Origin: the human T2T-CHM13v2.0 reference genome, Homo sapiens
Strand: one strand, 5' to 3'
NCBI RefSeq assembly: GCF_009914755.1
Contig: NC_060932.1
DNA: 64,000 nucleotides
Positions 25,076-38,270 of the stretch are shown in pieces. The translations under genes were made by a program, and so were the position numbers. Below the pieces are notes generated by a model that made no database searches, was not told where the DNA came from, and was given only the letters and a program-made list of their open reading frames with translations. The first letter of the stretch is position 1; each line of letters begins with the position of its first letter.

Positions 25076-25332
25076 ATAATGTCCTTTCTTACTTCTTATG
25101 ACCAACAAAAGCAAGGAGATGGAAACTGACAGAAGCTCAGATTCTTATTTCCCAACTTGTACATCGGAGCATCCAATTTTTATCCCTGTAGCCCAGTGGC
25201 TGGCTTATGAGTTCTGTCTGTGTCTATTGAACCAAATTGGTAGAAAGAGTGTCTTATCTATATAGCCATCTCCCTGCCATCATCCCAACAATCAACAAGT
25301 ACCAAGGGGGACGAAACTTCAGTTGGCCTCTA

Positions 25333-25678
<346 letters not shown>

Positions 25679-25699
25679 CTATCCCATTTACAGCATGGC

Positions 25700-25830
25700 G
25701 TAGTAGAAACAGCAGTAAGCTGGGATCACAGCTGGGTTCTCTGTAGCTATGCCCCTTGGACACATAAAGCCTCAGTGTTCTCATCTGTGAAAAAGTAGTC
25801 ATAATCTCTGCCTCCCTGGAGAGGGTGTGT
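25700..25830 (+). mobile_element. MIR fragment
   Basis: gcctcagtgttctcatctgtgaaaa. Confidence 0.55.
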
Positions 25831-28142
25831 ATGGAACCAGGGCAAGGTAGAAGACATGAAACCCAACAGGTGGGTGAGGCACTAAGACAACTAATGAGGC
25901 TGGGTTTGTTTACAGGGTCCCACTGGGGGCTGCTGTGTGCTGTCCTCCCCTTGCTGGCTCCAACTCCTGCAGACCCTTGGGCGGCTGTTTCCCCAAACCT
26001 GGAGCTTTGGCAAGGGGCTCTGAAGCCTGCCAGGAGAGAATGAGGGGAGCCCACAGGGGGAGAGCTGCACCTTTCTACTGAGCCGCTAAACAGAGTAGAT
26101 TTATAAGTCAATAAACATGGGCCGATTGAGAGTGCAGGCTCCCAACTGCCCCCGTGGGAGGGGACCTCCCTTGGCTCCACATGTGGCACCCTCCGAGGGA
26201 GGTGGGAGTGTGGGGGCAGGGAGCTGGCCCAGCACATGCAGGTGGCCCTGAGCTGCATCTCTGTCCTCCACTCCACTGTGCTTATTCTCCACAGTGAGCG
26301 CCTACCTCCTGCTGGATCAGAGCCTCTACAGGGTGGAAGGGGAAACAGAGGCACGTAACTCAGACCAAAATAATGCTGCAGCAGAGCAGGGATTTGAGTT
26401 CCTGACCACAAAACCCACCATAGAAGCATAACTATCCCCAGTGTCCTCACCTGAAATGGAAGCAGCACATGAGAGCCCCGGCCACACCAGCAAAGGCTGA
26501 GCATTCATCGAACTCAGAGCCGGCTTCAGGGTGCGGACAGCAGCCAGCAGGGCTCTGGGCTGTTGCTCAGAGCTGGGCAGCACGCAGCAAACGCCCCCTT
26601 GCCAGGAGATGTGCCCTCTGACAAAGACCCATTCTTCAGAGACCCTGCAGGCTGCAGCTATGCTGTCACTAAAAAGCAAATTTATAACCCAAGAGTTGAT
26701 AATTTAAGCAAGAATTGGGAGGAGCTAAAATCTCTATCAGTAAAAATATTTTTTTCTCTCACCAAAAACTGAACCAGCACCACCTCCACTCCCCTCCTCC
26801 ACCACATCCCGTTTCTTTAAATGGAGAACACCCATGGTTCAATTAAAATGACTTTTTGGAAAAATTGGATTTCTAAGCAATCTGTAGTTGGAATCAGGTG
26901 TTCCTGTTGTGGGGTAAAAGGTGCCCAGCTGCTCCCGCATCTTCTCCTGCCTCCCTCCATTCAGGGCTCGGGCCTGATGTGAGCCTGGCTGCTGCTGTAC
27001 TACACGAGGGACAGTTGCCATCTCCAGACACTGACTTCAGGGGCACACCCAGCATCCTGCCACAGCAGAGCAGGGCAGTCAGTGGCATCAGAGCCAAGCT
27101 GGGGCGTGCAGTGCACCTGCCTGTCAGCCGGCTGGGGTGCTGAGGCGTCGCATCAGAATTGCAGGATGCAACACATCTGCCTGCATGTCAGCCGCTGGGA
27201 GAGATGCAGGCAGCTGATAAGCAGGCCATTTGTTCCTTTTTAGTGGAGGAAGGGGATGTAGAGTAATGTAGTGTAACAGCAGCAAAAAGCACAAGCCAGC
27301 AAGAAAGGCTTTCTTCAAAACCTTCTTAGCCTTCAAAGCGTCAATTCAGCATAATGTCAAATCCAATGGAAAAAAAATAAATCCGACGGGGTGGGAGAGC
27401 AGTGTATGCTGGAGATCTAAAAATCCTCCCTGTCCCTGAAAGCTGATATTGCTGTTGGCACCTTTAATGCAGTCCAGCCTCCTACTCTGTGAGACCTTAC
27501 ATGGTTACCCCTCATCAGGCTGGTGTATTCAAGTGGTTCTGTTAACCTACGCGGATGAGATCAGGAAGGAGCTGGTCACGTGGCCATCACAGCTTCATGG
27601 CTTTCCTGCCTGTCCTCCCCCACCCCCTGCCCAGCCTGCAGGGATGTTTGGCGTTTCGCTCAGTGGGGGGCATCACAGAGTTGCTGAGTGCTGGTGGAGA
27701 GAAGCCCTGGTTCTTCAGTTCGAGGCCCTCTTTAAATAGTAGTGAGGGGCAGACTGGTTAACCTTGCTCTCCCCTGGAGGAAGCCAGCCTCAGTGTCTTT
27801 GTCTTCTTTGTCACCTACATTCTATATAAGAAGAGCGTCCCAGTCTCCTTTGCAAGCTGTGTGCAGAAAAGACACAAAATGGTGCCAGTTTTGCAAAAGG
27901 GCGGAGTAGCTAGCTACCGACAGGGCGGCGCAATTGCACAGGTCCCAGGAAATCTCAACAACAGATGCCCTGCAGACCTGAAAATCTCCCTCATCCAATG
28001 ACCAATTGCTTGAAATTCCCCTATGCAAGGCTCATTCTTTTGTTTTGTGATCCAGTTGGGCTGCAAATGCCTCCAGTCATCTGGGATGTTTAACTGTCAG
28101 AGAGAATAAGCACAGGTAATCTTTACTTGAGATTTTTCTTGA

Positions 28143-28221
28143 GATTAAAATAAATGGGAAGGGGCTCCCCTAAGGAATGGATTAAAAGTAAAGGGGAAGG
28201 GGGTCCCCTAAGGAATGGATA
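28143..28221. repeat. Imperfect 37/38-bp tandem duplication
   Basis: gattaaaataaatgggaaggggctcccctaaggaatg / gattaaaagtaaaggggaagggggtcccctaaggaatg. Confidence 0.9.
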
Positions 28222-29039
28222 ACCAGCAAGTGCTGCAGGCAGAGAAAACCTCCCCCTTGTCTTGTCACGAAGGACAGAGATCTCTGTGGTTTGCCTTAGA
28301 GAAGAAAAACTGGCCCTTGAGGTGGTTTGAGGGAGCTGGGGAGGACAAGGGTCAGGAAAGGAGAAGGTGACAATGAAGTTGCCAAAAAAAAAAGCACTCA
28401 GCACAGCAGCAGGCCTGGAAAACCCCTCACCCTGGTGTCCTTGTTAGGATATATGGACTCCCGGGGCCACTTAGTTGGGGTTAGCCCCGACAAAGCTCTC
28501 AGCCACCCTGGGCACTTGCTGATGTATGTCCTGAGCTATATCCTCTCTTTCCTTTACTCTGTCTCCGTATAGAATAATATGAGATTAATTGATTTTCTGT
28601 CACTCTTTTAGTACAGAAAATTAATTTCAGAGCAACCTTGTTTTCTCAGGGTATGAATCCTCTACACGCAGAGTAATTCAGCTCCTCCATTATTCATGAG
28701 AGAAAATAGTGATGGAGTGTGCACAGAGGCCGCCCCAAGGCCACAAAGTGATAGTCTGTGTTACTGATACAACAATATTCCACCGGTGCCTCTAAATAAT
28801 TCACATCTACAACTCAATTTGGGCCTGCGTGCTGCTCAGGATGTGGCTGGGGGAAGCATTGCTGGGAGATTTGGGAGATTCTCAATGACAAGGAAAAGGG
28901 GAAGCAGGCAGGGCCTCCCGATGCCATCCTGAGGTTGGCAAAGGAGTGACCTCCTGGGGCCTGAAGCTACAGCCTGTTGCTGCAGTCCCGGGTCCCCCTT
29001 CATGGCAAAGCTCACACCTGTTCTGTGAGACAGCTAAGA

Positions 29040-29993
29040 GCTTCTCAAAGAAGACACACAAATGGCCAGCAGGTACATGAAGAAACGCTCATCATCACTA
29101 ATCATCAGGGAAGTGCACATGCAAACCACACTGAGAGATTATCCCACCCAAGTCAGGGTGGCTTTTATCAAAAAGACAAAATGTATAACAAATGCTAGCA
29201 AGAAATCAGAGAAAAGGAAACTCTTATACGCTGCTGGTGGCAATGTAAATTAGCACAGCCTCTATGGAAAACGGTATAGAGGTTCCTCAAAGAACCAAAA
29301 ATAGAACTAAAAGTAGATCCAGCCATCCCCCTACTGGGTATTTATCCAAAAGAAAGAAAATCAGTATGTCAAAGGGACACGTGCAGCCCCATGTTTATTG
29401 CAGAACTGTTCACAATAGCCAAGATATGGAAGCAAACTAAGTACCCATCAATAGATGAATGGATATGGAAAATGTGGTATATGTCACAGTGGAATACTAT
29501 CCACCCATAAAAAAGAATGAAACCCTGTCATTTGCAGCCACGTGGATGGCACTAGAGGTCATTGTGTTAACTGAAATAAACCAGGCACAAAAAGACAAAT
29601 ATCTCATGTTCTCACTCATATGTGAGAGCTAGAAAATTGGTCTCATGGAGGTAGAGAGTAAAACGATAGTTACCAGAGGCTGAGAAGGGCGTGGGAGGGG
29701 GTGAAGAAAGGTTGATGAATGAGTACAAGCATACAGTTAGGTGGAAGGAGTAAATTCTAATGTTCAATAGCAGAGTAGGATGACTGTAGTTAACAACAAT
29801 GTATTGTATATTTCAGAATAGCTAGAAGAGATTTGAAATAATACCAACACAAAAAAAAATGATAAGTGTTTGAGATTGTAAATATCTCAAATACCCTGAC
29901 TTGGTCATTACAAATTCTATGCATGTATCAAAATATCATATGCACCCCATATATAAGTATAATTATTATGTATCAACAGAAATAAATAAATAA
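29040..29993 (+). mobile_element. 5'-truncated L1MA (L1MA4/5-like) 3' end
   Basis: ORF2p C-terminal-like ORF 29062..29253; 3' UTR atacagttag...gcagagtaggatgactgtagttaacaacaatgtattgta...taccctgacttggtcattaca; (taaa)n tail. Confidence 0.92.
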
Positions 29994-30149
29994 GAAACAC
30001 ATCATGAGACTGCTGAGAGAGAAATGCGAGCAAAAAGGTGGAGTAGCTAGCTGCCGAAGAAGCTGGGCAGGACCCACAGGCATTCAGATTCAGCTCATCT
30101 CTTACTTCCAATTTTAAGGATTCTACCTATTTTGTTTTGTTTATTTGAA

Positions 30150-30305
30150 ACCTAGCTGTTCATCAAGTTTACCTGCAGCATTTGTAAAAAATGCAGATTC
30201 CTGGACCCAACCCAGACCTACTGAATCAGAAGCTCCTGCAAGTCTGTCTTTTGAACAAGTTCCCAGGTGATTCTTCTTATGTGACTGCTCTCATAGGAAC
30301 TGCTG
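30150..30305. mobile_element. MER5A hAT-Charlie MITE
   Basis: aaatgcagattcctggacccaacccagacctactgaatcagaa...aacaagttcccaggtgattct. Confidence 0.85.
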
Positions 30306-30619
30306 GACTAGATGATACCCAAGGGCCCTTCCAGTTCAGGCATCCCCTGATGATTTTAGCCAATAAAATGGATGAACCCAAGCCTGGGAAAGGAAGGGCT
30401 GCCTCATGGGACTGTTGGTAACCAATGGAACAAGTAGGTCACCCTATCAGCTAGGGAGGAACAGAGGGAAAGCAACAAGGCCCAACATATAACAGAGCTC
30501 ATCAACCCTGCTCTCTCCTCTCTCAAGACTGAAGCCTGTGAAAAGACGTGGGTCCCCGATTGCTTCCAAAAAAGTCAGTGGCCCACATGCCATATCCAGG
30601 CCATCTTGAAATGGACATA

Positions 30620-31021
30620 TGTGGTAGGAAGGATTCTAAGATGATCCCAGATTTCCACCTACTACTGTCCATGCCCTGTGTCATCCCTCCCCTTGGGTTT
30701 GGGCAGGGATGGAGAATATGATGGCTGTCTCTCCCAAGATTAGATTACTAATGAGTTCACTCTGACATAATCAAAGGTAGGATTTGAACCTGAGGGTACT
30801 TCCAGTTGCCAACAGTGACCCCTAGCCAACAACCAGACAGAAAACAGGGACATCAATCCTACAACCACAAAGAGATGAATTCTGCCAACACCTGAATATG
30901 CTTGGAAGAAGACCCTGACTTCAAATGGGATCACAGCCCTGCTGACACCTTGATTTAGCCTAGAAAGACCCTGAGCAATGGACCCAGGTAACCGTGCCTG
31001 GTCTCCTAATGCATGGAAACC
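30620..31021 (+). mobile_element. MLT1E/F-type MaLR LTR (partial)
   Basis: tgtggtaggaaggattctaagatg...acaaccacaaagagatgaattctgccaacacctgaat...gctgacaccttgatttagcc. Confidence 0.8.
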
Positions 31022-31199
31022 ATGCATCGGGCGATCTATTAGGCAGTAAGAGAAAATCAATTTCACATGCAATAAAATAAAAACAATGGCATGCACATGC
31101 CCTTCACGATTTGCAAAGCCATCACCAGGCCCACACCTTACCCACCTGGGCCTGCTGAGGCCTGCACCTTCATGCAGTGCCCAGGAGTGTCCACTGGAT

Positions 31200-31390
31200 G
31201 AACCTTCTCACACTGATGCTCAGGCAAGGCTGGGAGGCCGGTGGGGCCATTTTGTTTTTCTAAATTTCTGCTTCACAGATGGGGAAACTGAAGCTCAAAT
31301 ACATTTCTCTGGGGTCGTTTAAAAAGTCCACAGAAGAACCTGAACTCGACTTCAGGCCTTCTGATTCCAAAGCCAGGGACCTGTCCTCTA
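31200..31390 (-). mobile_element. MIR fragment
   Basis: ttcacagatggggaaactgaagctca...ctgattccaaagcc. Confidence 0.7.
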
Positions 31391-31754
31391 CGCCGCCATC
31401 CCCAGCATGATTCTCTCCAAGAAAAGAGAATTGTTTTAAACTCAAGTCCCGGGGGGCTGAAGGGCTATAACTCTTTTTTAAAAGGGTAACTCAGAGTGGC
31501 TGAAAGAAGGTGACTGTTGTGAGGTTGCCAGTGCCCTTCCCCCTCTGGCACGGCATCCTCCCCTGTCCACCCTTCGGTTACAAGGTGGGCAGGGGTCTGG
31601 CAGGGAGAGGCCAGTGTTATTGCAGGCTGCGGCTGACGCACTGCCCATGTCCCACTCCAAGAGCCCTCAGCCGAACCTCCGAGTGCAGCTCAGCATTCCT
31701 GCCCTTCTCTGACCCAGGGAGGCAGAGAACCCAGCCAAACCACTCATCAACAAG

Positions 31755-32110
31755 CCCACTGTCATGTGTCATTAATGATGTCAGATCAAATCCAAGCAAC
31801 AATTGGAAAAACAGATTGCAACATTGTGCTCTTTATTGCTGGTGTTTCTGTGGAGCATTAGCAATAAAAAGACTCCAGAGAGGAGCTGTAAAGGAGAAAG
31901 CGAAAAAGAGCAAAAGAGAAAGCAAGAAAGATACTTTTTCCCTTGCTGCAAGCTTCACGACACAGCCACTTTGTAACATGCACCATATGCAGCAGCCACT
32001 CTGCACAAGGCCCAATAACCTCCTTCCAAATGGTAATAAATCCCCTCGGACCCCAACACACTTGTAATTTACAACTTGGCTAAAATGAACATTATTTCAA
32101 GCTAAGCGTA
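31755..32110. promoter_or_regulatory. Candidate conserved non-coding enhancer (HOX/CDX/MEIS motifs)
   Basis: CTGTCA 31759, palindrome TCATTAATGA 31769-31778, TTTATTGC 31832, GCAATAAAA 31861, GTAATAAA 32033, TAATTTACAAC 32065 in repeat-free DNA. Confidence 0.4.
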
Positions 32111-32699
32111 TTCTCAGAGGTGCAGGAGAATGTGGCAGCTTTCCTGCTGACAGAGGAGTTTCTTTTTAAATGTCATGCATTCACTTTCATTACTTCCAAG
32201 TAATTGCTGGAAAAGATCGGCCGCTGGACAGGGCTGCCCACTTTACATCACCATGAGTCAATATCATCATCATCAAAGGAGCCCCTGGGAGCTGGTTTCA
32301 GCCTGGGGAGGGCTCAGCCCTCAGTTGCTTGTTCCCTGTTGGTCTCTTGGCTGTGCAGATAAAGGTGCCTCCATCATTCTCCTGGGACAGCTTCAGGTAA
32401 GATGGAATGTTGTCTATAGATAGCATAACCTATCATCACTGCCATCATCAAATATCATTCTGCTGCATCCATTGGATCATAATGCCGTTGCCTGCCCAGT
32501 CCTGTATGTGGTGCTTGTTATCTGGCGCTAACTGGAGGAAATGTATTCCTGCCCCTCGTGGAAGTTGGATCTTTGGTCAAGAGGATGAAAGCACAAGAAG
32601 ATATTAAACAGCATGCTTTTCTACATGCATACCGTACATTTTGGGGAAAGCCTGCTTTCAAATCTAACACAGTTTTTTCTGTCAAAGCTCTGAATGTGG

Positions 32700-33225
32700 A
32701 CACCTATTGCTGCATAATAAACTACCCCCAAAACTTGCTGGCTTAATTATTTCCTACGAGTCTGTGGGTTCAATGATTTCAGCTGTGTGGGTGTTCTCAC
32801 TGTGATGTCAGCTGGGGTTGCAATCATCTAGGGACTGGACTTAGCCGCAAATTTCCAGTCAGCTCACTCACATGTCTGGTGCCTTTGTATGAAAGGCAGG
32901 AAGACCAGACTTAGCTGAGCAGGTGGAGCTGGGTTTTTCTCTCTCTACATCAGGTAGACTCAAGGCCTCTTGCCCACCACATGACCTCTCCACATGGTCT
33001 CTTCATGCGGCTTCTTCTGCACGGCAGTTGCGCTTCCTACATCGTGGCTGAGAACCCATAAAAGCACAAAAGTAAAAGCTACCAGGACTAACACAGGATC
33101 ACTTTTGCCACATTCTGCTGGTCAAAGCGAGTCATAAGGCCAGCTCAGATTACACATGGAGATGAGTAGACAGGGTGCAAACACCAAGAGATGTGGTTCA
33201 TTGGGGCCACCTTTGAAGATTAGCT
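32700..33225 (-). mobile_element. MLT1 (G/H-type) MaLR LTR
   Basis: ctattgctgcataataaactaccc...gctcactcacatgtctgg...tcacttttgccacattctgctggtcaaagc..gtcataaggccagctcagatt. Confidence 0.8.
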
Positions 33226-33499
33226 TGAATCAGGAAGATGGAAAAAAAAGAGCAGAAAGCCACACATCCTTTGCGAAACATCTTCAGATAACTGCCATCA
33301 GCTCTAATCTCCCTTAAGGAGTGAGCATGAAGCAGTTTTATTTCTTCCAATCACTGCTTCAAACTGTGATAGGTTTAATCCCCCTCTCCTATTACTTAGT
33401 GACATCCCAGGCAGAATCCACAACTTTCTAGTCATGTTCACTGATTACAGTAGTCTGATTCAGTGTTTTAGATGACACGGGAGAATTATTTTTTTTAGG

Positions 33500-33725
33500 C
33501 TTGATTATGTCTTTGCGATTATAAGAAAAAATACTCTTAATTTTAAGAGAACATACTGTGATGTTCAGGGGTAAAGTGTCATGGCATTGCAATTTACTTT
33601 GAGATATAGATAGATAGATAGATAACCATTAACAATTCATGAAATGAGTAAGTAATTAAATAGATGTTAATTGTTCCAATTTTTTAACATTTCTGCATAT
33701 TTTTTAATTTGCCTAATAAAATATT
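33500..33725 (+). mobile_element. L1ME 3' fragment with short (TAGA)n
   Basis: acatactg...tcaggggtaaagtgtcatggcattgcaatttacttt. Confidence 0.55.
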
Positions 33726-34856
33726 GAAGAAGAAATTCAGTCCACTTTATAACTTCCATTTAATACCCAATTTAAAGGGATCCCTCTCTCCCATCATTGG
33801 CACAGCTTGGGGCTTTAGGGACTTGCAAGAGGATGGGAGGCGGTCTGTTCACACATTGCGTCGGAGAAGGAAATATCTCTTTGCCTAACTGGGTACAATT
33901 ATAATTCTACACATACTGGCTTTTATGGCTTCTCTAGTGCACACCAATCACTATTACTATTCTTTGCGTGGCACATGTTGGGATTTTTGGAGGATCCTGC
34001 AGGTCCCGCACAGTTCTCTGAAAGGTAAGACCTACTTCTAGCTCTTCCTGCTCCACACTGGCCCCCTCAGCCCCTGCCACCTGTAGTCCACCTCCTTGAA
34101 ATCTCTTGCTCCTGGATCCCTTTCTCAAGGAATAGATCTGATCTCTCAGGTGGGATGCAGGCAAGATGGTGAGAGTTAGCTCTCTCCTTCTGTGCCTCCT
34201 TGATCTAGGAAGGACTTGAAAAGCCAGTGGTGGGGGTCAGGCTGCTGCACTGCTGCCCCTTCCTCAAGCCTCAACACCCCCATTTCCCTTTCCCTTGCTC
34301 TGAGGCAGGTCTGTGAGTTCCCTTTGTAGGACATCCAAGCAAGGAATAGCATATTAATCTTCCAGTTTCACAAGTGCACCCACCTCTCGTGGTTTAGTAA
34401 GGAGGAGAGGATGGAAACTCCCCTTTCCTCCCTCATTCACTATGAACACTGCACCCTTACAAAGCAGACAATTCTGATGACTGCCCCCTTCTCAGCCCCC
34501 AGTTCTCACCATATGTAGACTGAGATTCTGTCATGGGGCAGGGGCCTGATTATTGCAAGAAGGTCAATGTTGCCACTTTTGGAAGCTCTGGAAGAAGATG
34601 CTGACCCAGTTGTTACCAGATCTCTTTACAAAGTGGGGTTTAATGCCTCCTATCTTCAGCTGTAGAACTTCATCACTAATTCTAGGGAAACAAGAAAAAA
34701 TCTACTCCACATCCCTTACAGAGGCATAAATATGTTTATTGTATCTGGTGCAGAAAACCTGGGTTACAACCCAACTCAACTACTAACTCACCGTGTGATC
34801 TCAGACAGTTATTTAGTCTCTGCGGTCCTTAGGGTTGGTAAGGACACGCCGTCTGG

Positions 34857-35075
34857 TCAGGTAGGTTTTCAGATGAGTATTACAGACCCTGAGGGCTCCC
34901 AGGAGATACTTTAGGGACTCTGCAGATATTGGCATGAATCCGAGCAAACAGCCAAGAGCTAGACTGGCCAGGGAATCAGTTCATCACTCTAATCTGTTTT
35001 TGACATCAGGGTTCCAGGTAAGATTTTCATTTAGAAAAAAAGAAGAGTTCCATTCTAAAAATGTTTGAAAGCCAT
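34857..35075. mobile_element. Probable hAT-Charlie non-autonomous element
   Basis: Ends gttccattctaaaaatgtttgaaagccatt, resembling a Charlie TIR; subfamily not determined. Confidence 0.45.
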
Positions 35076-36439
35076 TCATCTGTCCAACTGCTTCATTTTA
35101 CTGCCACAGAAAATGCCAGCCTCTGAGGAATGGCTGATGTGGTATGTGCTACCATACCAGTTCAACGAGCCACCAGTTATCTCTGATAGCACCAGACAAG
35201 AAAACAGTTCTGATTGAGAGCAGAAAGAAGAATCCTTTGAAGTATTATGTCCAGGAGAGGAATTTGACCACCATCATCAAGCAAGAGAATCTCTCCCTGT
35301 TGTGGTTTTCTCTGTGTGTGTGTGTGTGCGCGCGTTCACATGTGTGCACCTCCCCCTCAGTCTGCCTGTTGTTGTGTACCAGGAGTTAATTTAAAACTAC
35401 ACAAGACATCTGAGGCTGGACAATCAATCACTTCATCATTGCCACTGCAGATAAAGAGAGTGGCGAGACAGGAGGAAGGATGGAGGAGCACATAAGAGAG
35501 AGCGATAAACTCCCTGCCTCCGAATCAGCCTCAGAGAAACAAGCCATACTCCTTTGGTGCTCATGGGCCTCTGTGTGCAGGAACTGGAGAATGAAGAAGA
35601 AGGCTGAAACAGAAACTAAGCTTCCTCCAAGAGAAGCCCAGGGCTGTCCCAAACATCGGGTGTGCTGGGAAAGACTGGAAGCTGAAAGGGGTCTAGAAGA
35701 TGTTGGGTTGGAAAAGGACTTCATTCTGCATGCAAAGGATGCTCAAGAAGTCACTGAGTGTCTCTGTTCACTGAGCTAACCAGCAAGCTCTATGTGCATG
35801 ATTCTGGGCTATTTCCTTATAGCTGGAGCAGCAGTGGGCATAGCAGGGTCTCAGGAGTCAGGAGGATCCCCACTGTCACCCTGGCTGGACTGGACCGTGG
35901 CTCACTCCTCCTAGAGGGATATCAAGCCCAGCCTCTGGCAAGGAGACTGCAGTCTGTCAACTCTGAGTGGCATCCGTGGAGTGCCACGTTCCAGCGTCCC
36001 GTGTCCTCTGCATAAATGCAATTTCCCCAAATGTCAGGAGAAAAGCATTACGGATAACACATTGTGTGTGTCTTTGACCCAGTAAGTGCTGAAATCACAG
36101 ATCTCATTATTCTGACATGATAGAATTTTCTCTTTCTCTCTCCCAGCACAGGCTGACTGCTGTTGTTTTTCATACTGCAGACCTAATTGCCAAAGGTGCA
36201 AAGCCACCACAGAAAAACAGGCCTCACCTATTTCCTACCCCCAAAACAAAATGCCAGGTCTCCTTGTATGAGAAGAAAATGATCTTAAAGTCAGCTCATA
36301 ACAGGACATTAAGTTGTGGATAATTTGGGCCACAGCTTTCCTGGATGCCTGAAAAATAGACAGTATTTGACATTGAAAGCAGAATCGCCCTGGATGACTC
36401 CACCAGCACATCTGACTTCCAGTGCAGGAGCTGTCTGAG

Positions 36440-36650
36440 ATTTAGGGTAGGGGCAAGAGCAATGAATGAATTTGAGAGCTAGGTCTATTCTGTCTATCTG
36501 TGCAGTCATACTCAAGTTGTTAATTCCCCTCAGTTAGTCTTCTCATCTATAAAAATAAAGGATTAAAGCTGTGTCATAGGATGGATGTGAGAAATAAAGA
36601 CATGGTGATGCATATATGGTGTCTGGCAAAGAATCGGTGCTAAAAACATT
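36440..36650 (+). mobile_element. MIR
   Basis: caagttgttaattcccctcag..tcttctcatctataaaaat...ggatgtgagaaataaaga...gtgtctggca. Confidence 0.65.
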
Positions 36651-37082
36651 TATTACAGTTAAATCTAGAGTTCCACTTTAGGGATGTAGTCAATATATCA
36701 TCCATTCAATCAACAAACAAACAAGTGTTTACTGAGTGCCCTGATCTTGAAGACAGAAGACATGGGCTCACTAAGTATTCGTTGAATGAGTGAATTGCTT
36801 CTCATTTATCATGAGGGGACTCTGGACAAGTCCAATTCTTTCTCTGACTGTTTCACAGCCTATCAAATGCAAGGTATGTAGGAATCACCTTGAAACAGCC
36901 TTCTGGTTTTGAGACTCCGTTGCTCGAGAGGGCCTGTATGAAAGCACAAAGAGGTACAGTACAAGACAGAGTGGCAGCTCTCCCAAGCCTTATGATGTAG
37001 TTAACAGGGTGTATCAGATACATCTCCATGAAGGTAGCAAATAAATTGAGAGCTAGGTCTATTCTGTCTATCTGTGCAGTCA
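36472..37082. repeat. Exact 37-bp direct repeat, copies at 36472-36508 and 37046-37082
   Basis: ttgagagctaggtctattctgtctatctgtgcagtca twice; the ORF track shows TAQIDRIDLAL in both 36309..36515 and 36853..37116. Confidence 0.95.
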
Positions 37083-37714
37083 GAGGTGGTATGTGAGGGG
37101 TGCAGCTAAGGGGCAAGTGCTACAGGTGTTCAGAAGAGAAAGAGGGCTGGTGTTTGGAGGAAGCGAGGTCAAGCCTGCACCTTGGAGGTATGATGGGATT
37201 GTATTGGCAGCAAGAAGGCCAAAGGCATTCCAGGGCAAGTTGTACTGACCTTCACAGCTCAAGCGGGAATGGTTACATTGAAATCTCAGTGAAGTTCAAT
37301 TCAAGTTAGAAGTTAAATCATAGGATACAAGTGCCGGTTATTAAAAGGCAGAACTGCATAACAAGCATCCCCAACCTGTTGTGGGCTTCCTACCAGGCCT
37401 TCTTTTAGCCCTCCATCTTGCCAGGCCATCACCCAAAATGCCAGTGAGAACTTGTCCCTCCTCACTTCCCCACCTGGCTTCTCCATCACCTCTTCATGGA
37501 GTCTTTCTGAAAAGTCACTGCCCCATGTTTGTCTCTTCTCTTGCTCACCTTCCTCTACAGGCTTAAAGGGAGACCCAGGAAGCAATGACACCTGGAAGGT
37601 TCTGTTTGGTCTTACTCCCTTCTTGGATTGTTGAACTACAAATGCCACATTTTCTCCTTCAAGCTTGGTCTTGCCTTCCTCTTTCTACCATAGAAACAGG
37701 CAACAATACATAAA

Positions 37715-37846
37715 TTGAGTTTTTCTGGTAATAAAAAAATACACTTTTACATTCATTGTAAATTTTGGAAAGTATAGGCAAGTATAAAGAAAGTAATAAA
37801 CACCAGTGTCAAGCATAGATGATAAATAGACAGATGATAGGTAAAT

Positions 37847-37893
<47 letters not shown>

Positions 37894-38270
37894 GATAGAA
37901 TGATAGATAATAGATATTCAAAACTGGATATATAGCTTTGTATTTTGTTTGTGTGTTTATTTCCACTTAAGATCCCAATATGAGCATTTTCCCATACCCT
38001 TAAAACATTATTTGAAAACAATGGTTTTTAATGGTTTTTATTATCATCATTAATGGAATAACGATAGTATTCCATTGAATGGATTTAACCATAAATTATC
38101 TAACTATTCCCATATGTTGGATTTTAAGGTTATTTCTAATTGTTAGCTATTACAAACAATGCTGCAATACAAATCCTGTACATAAATCATTTTCTAGTAT
38201 TATTTTCTAAGGTTAAATTCTTAGAAATGGAATTTCTTGGTCAAAGTGTATATAGGATTTAAGGCTATTA
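37715..38270 (-). mobile_element. L1ME-type 3' fragment containing a (TAGA)n STR
   Basis: acattcattgtaaattttggaaagtata...gtattccattgaatggat...tacaaacaatgctgcaat...ttagaaatggaatttcttggtcaaag. Confidence 0.75.
37815..37915. repeat. (GATA)n tetranucleotide microsatellite
   Basis: Perfect gata run at about 37847-37893 with degenerate flanks. Confidence 0.95.

Noticed and set aside
31510-32067. 185-aa ORF
   Set aside because: Non-ATG start, no domain; overlaps a motif-rich non-coding block.
36472-37082. 37-bp direct repeats as a CRISPR-like array or TSD
   Set aside because: Only two copies, a 537-bp spacer made of MIR/L2 fragments, and a eukaryotic context.
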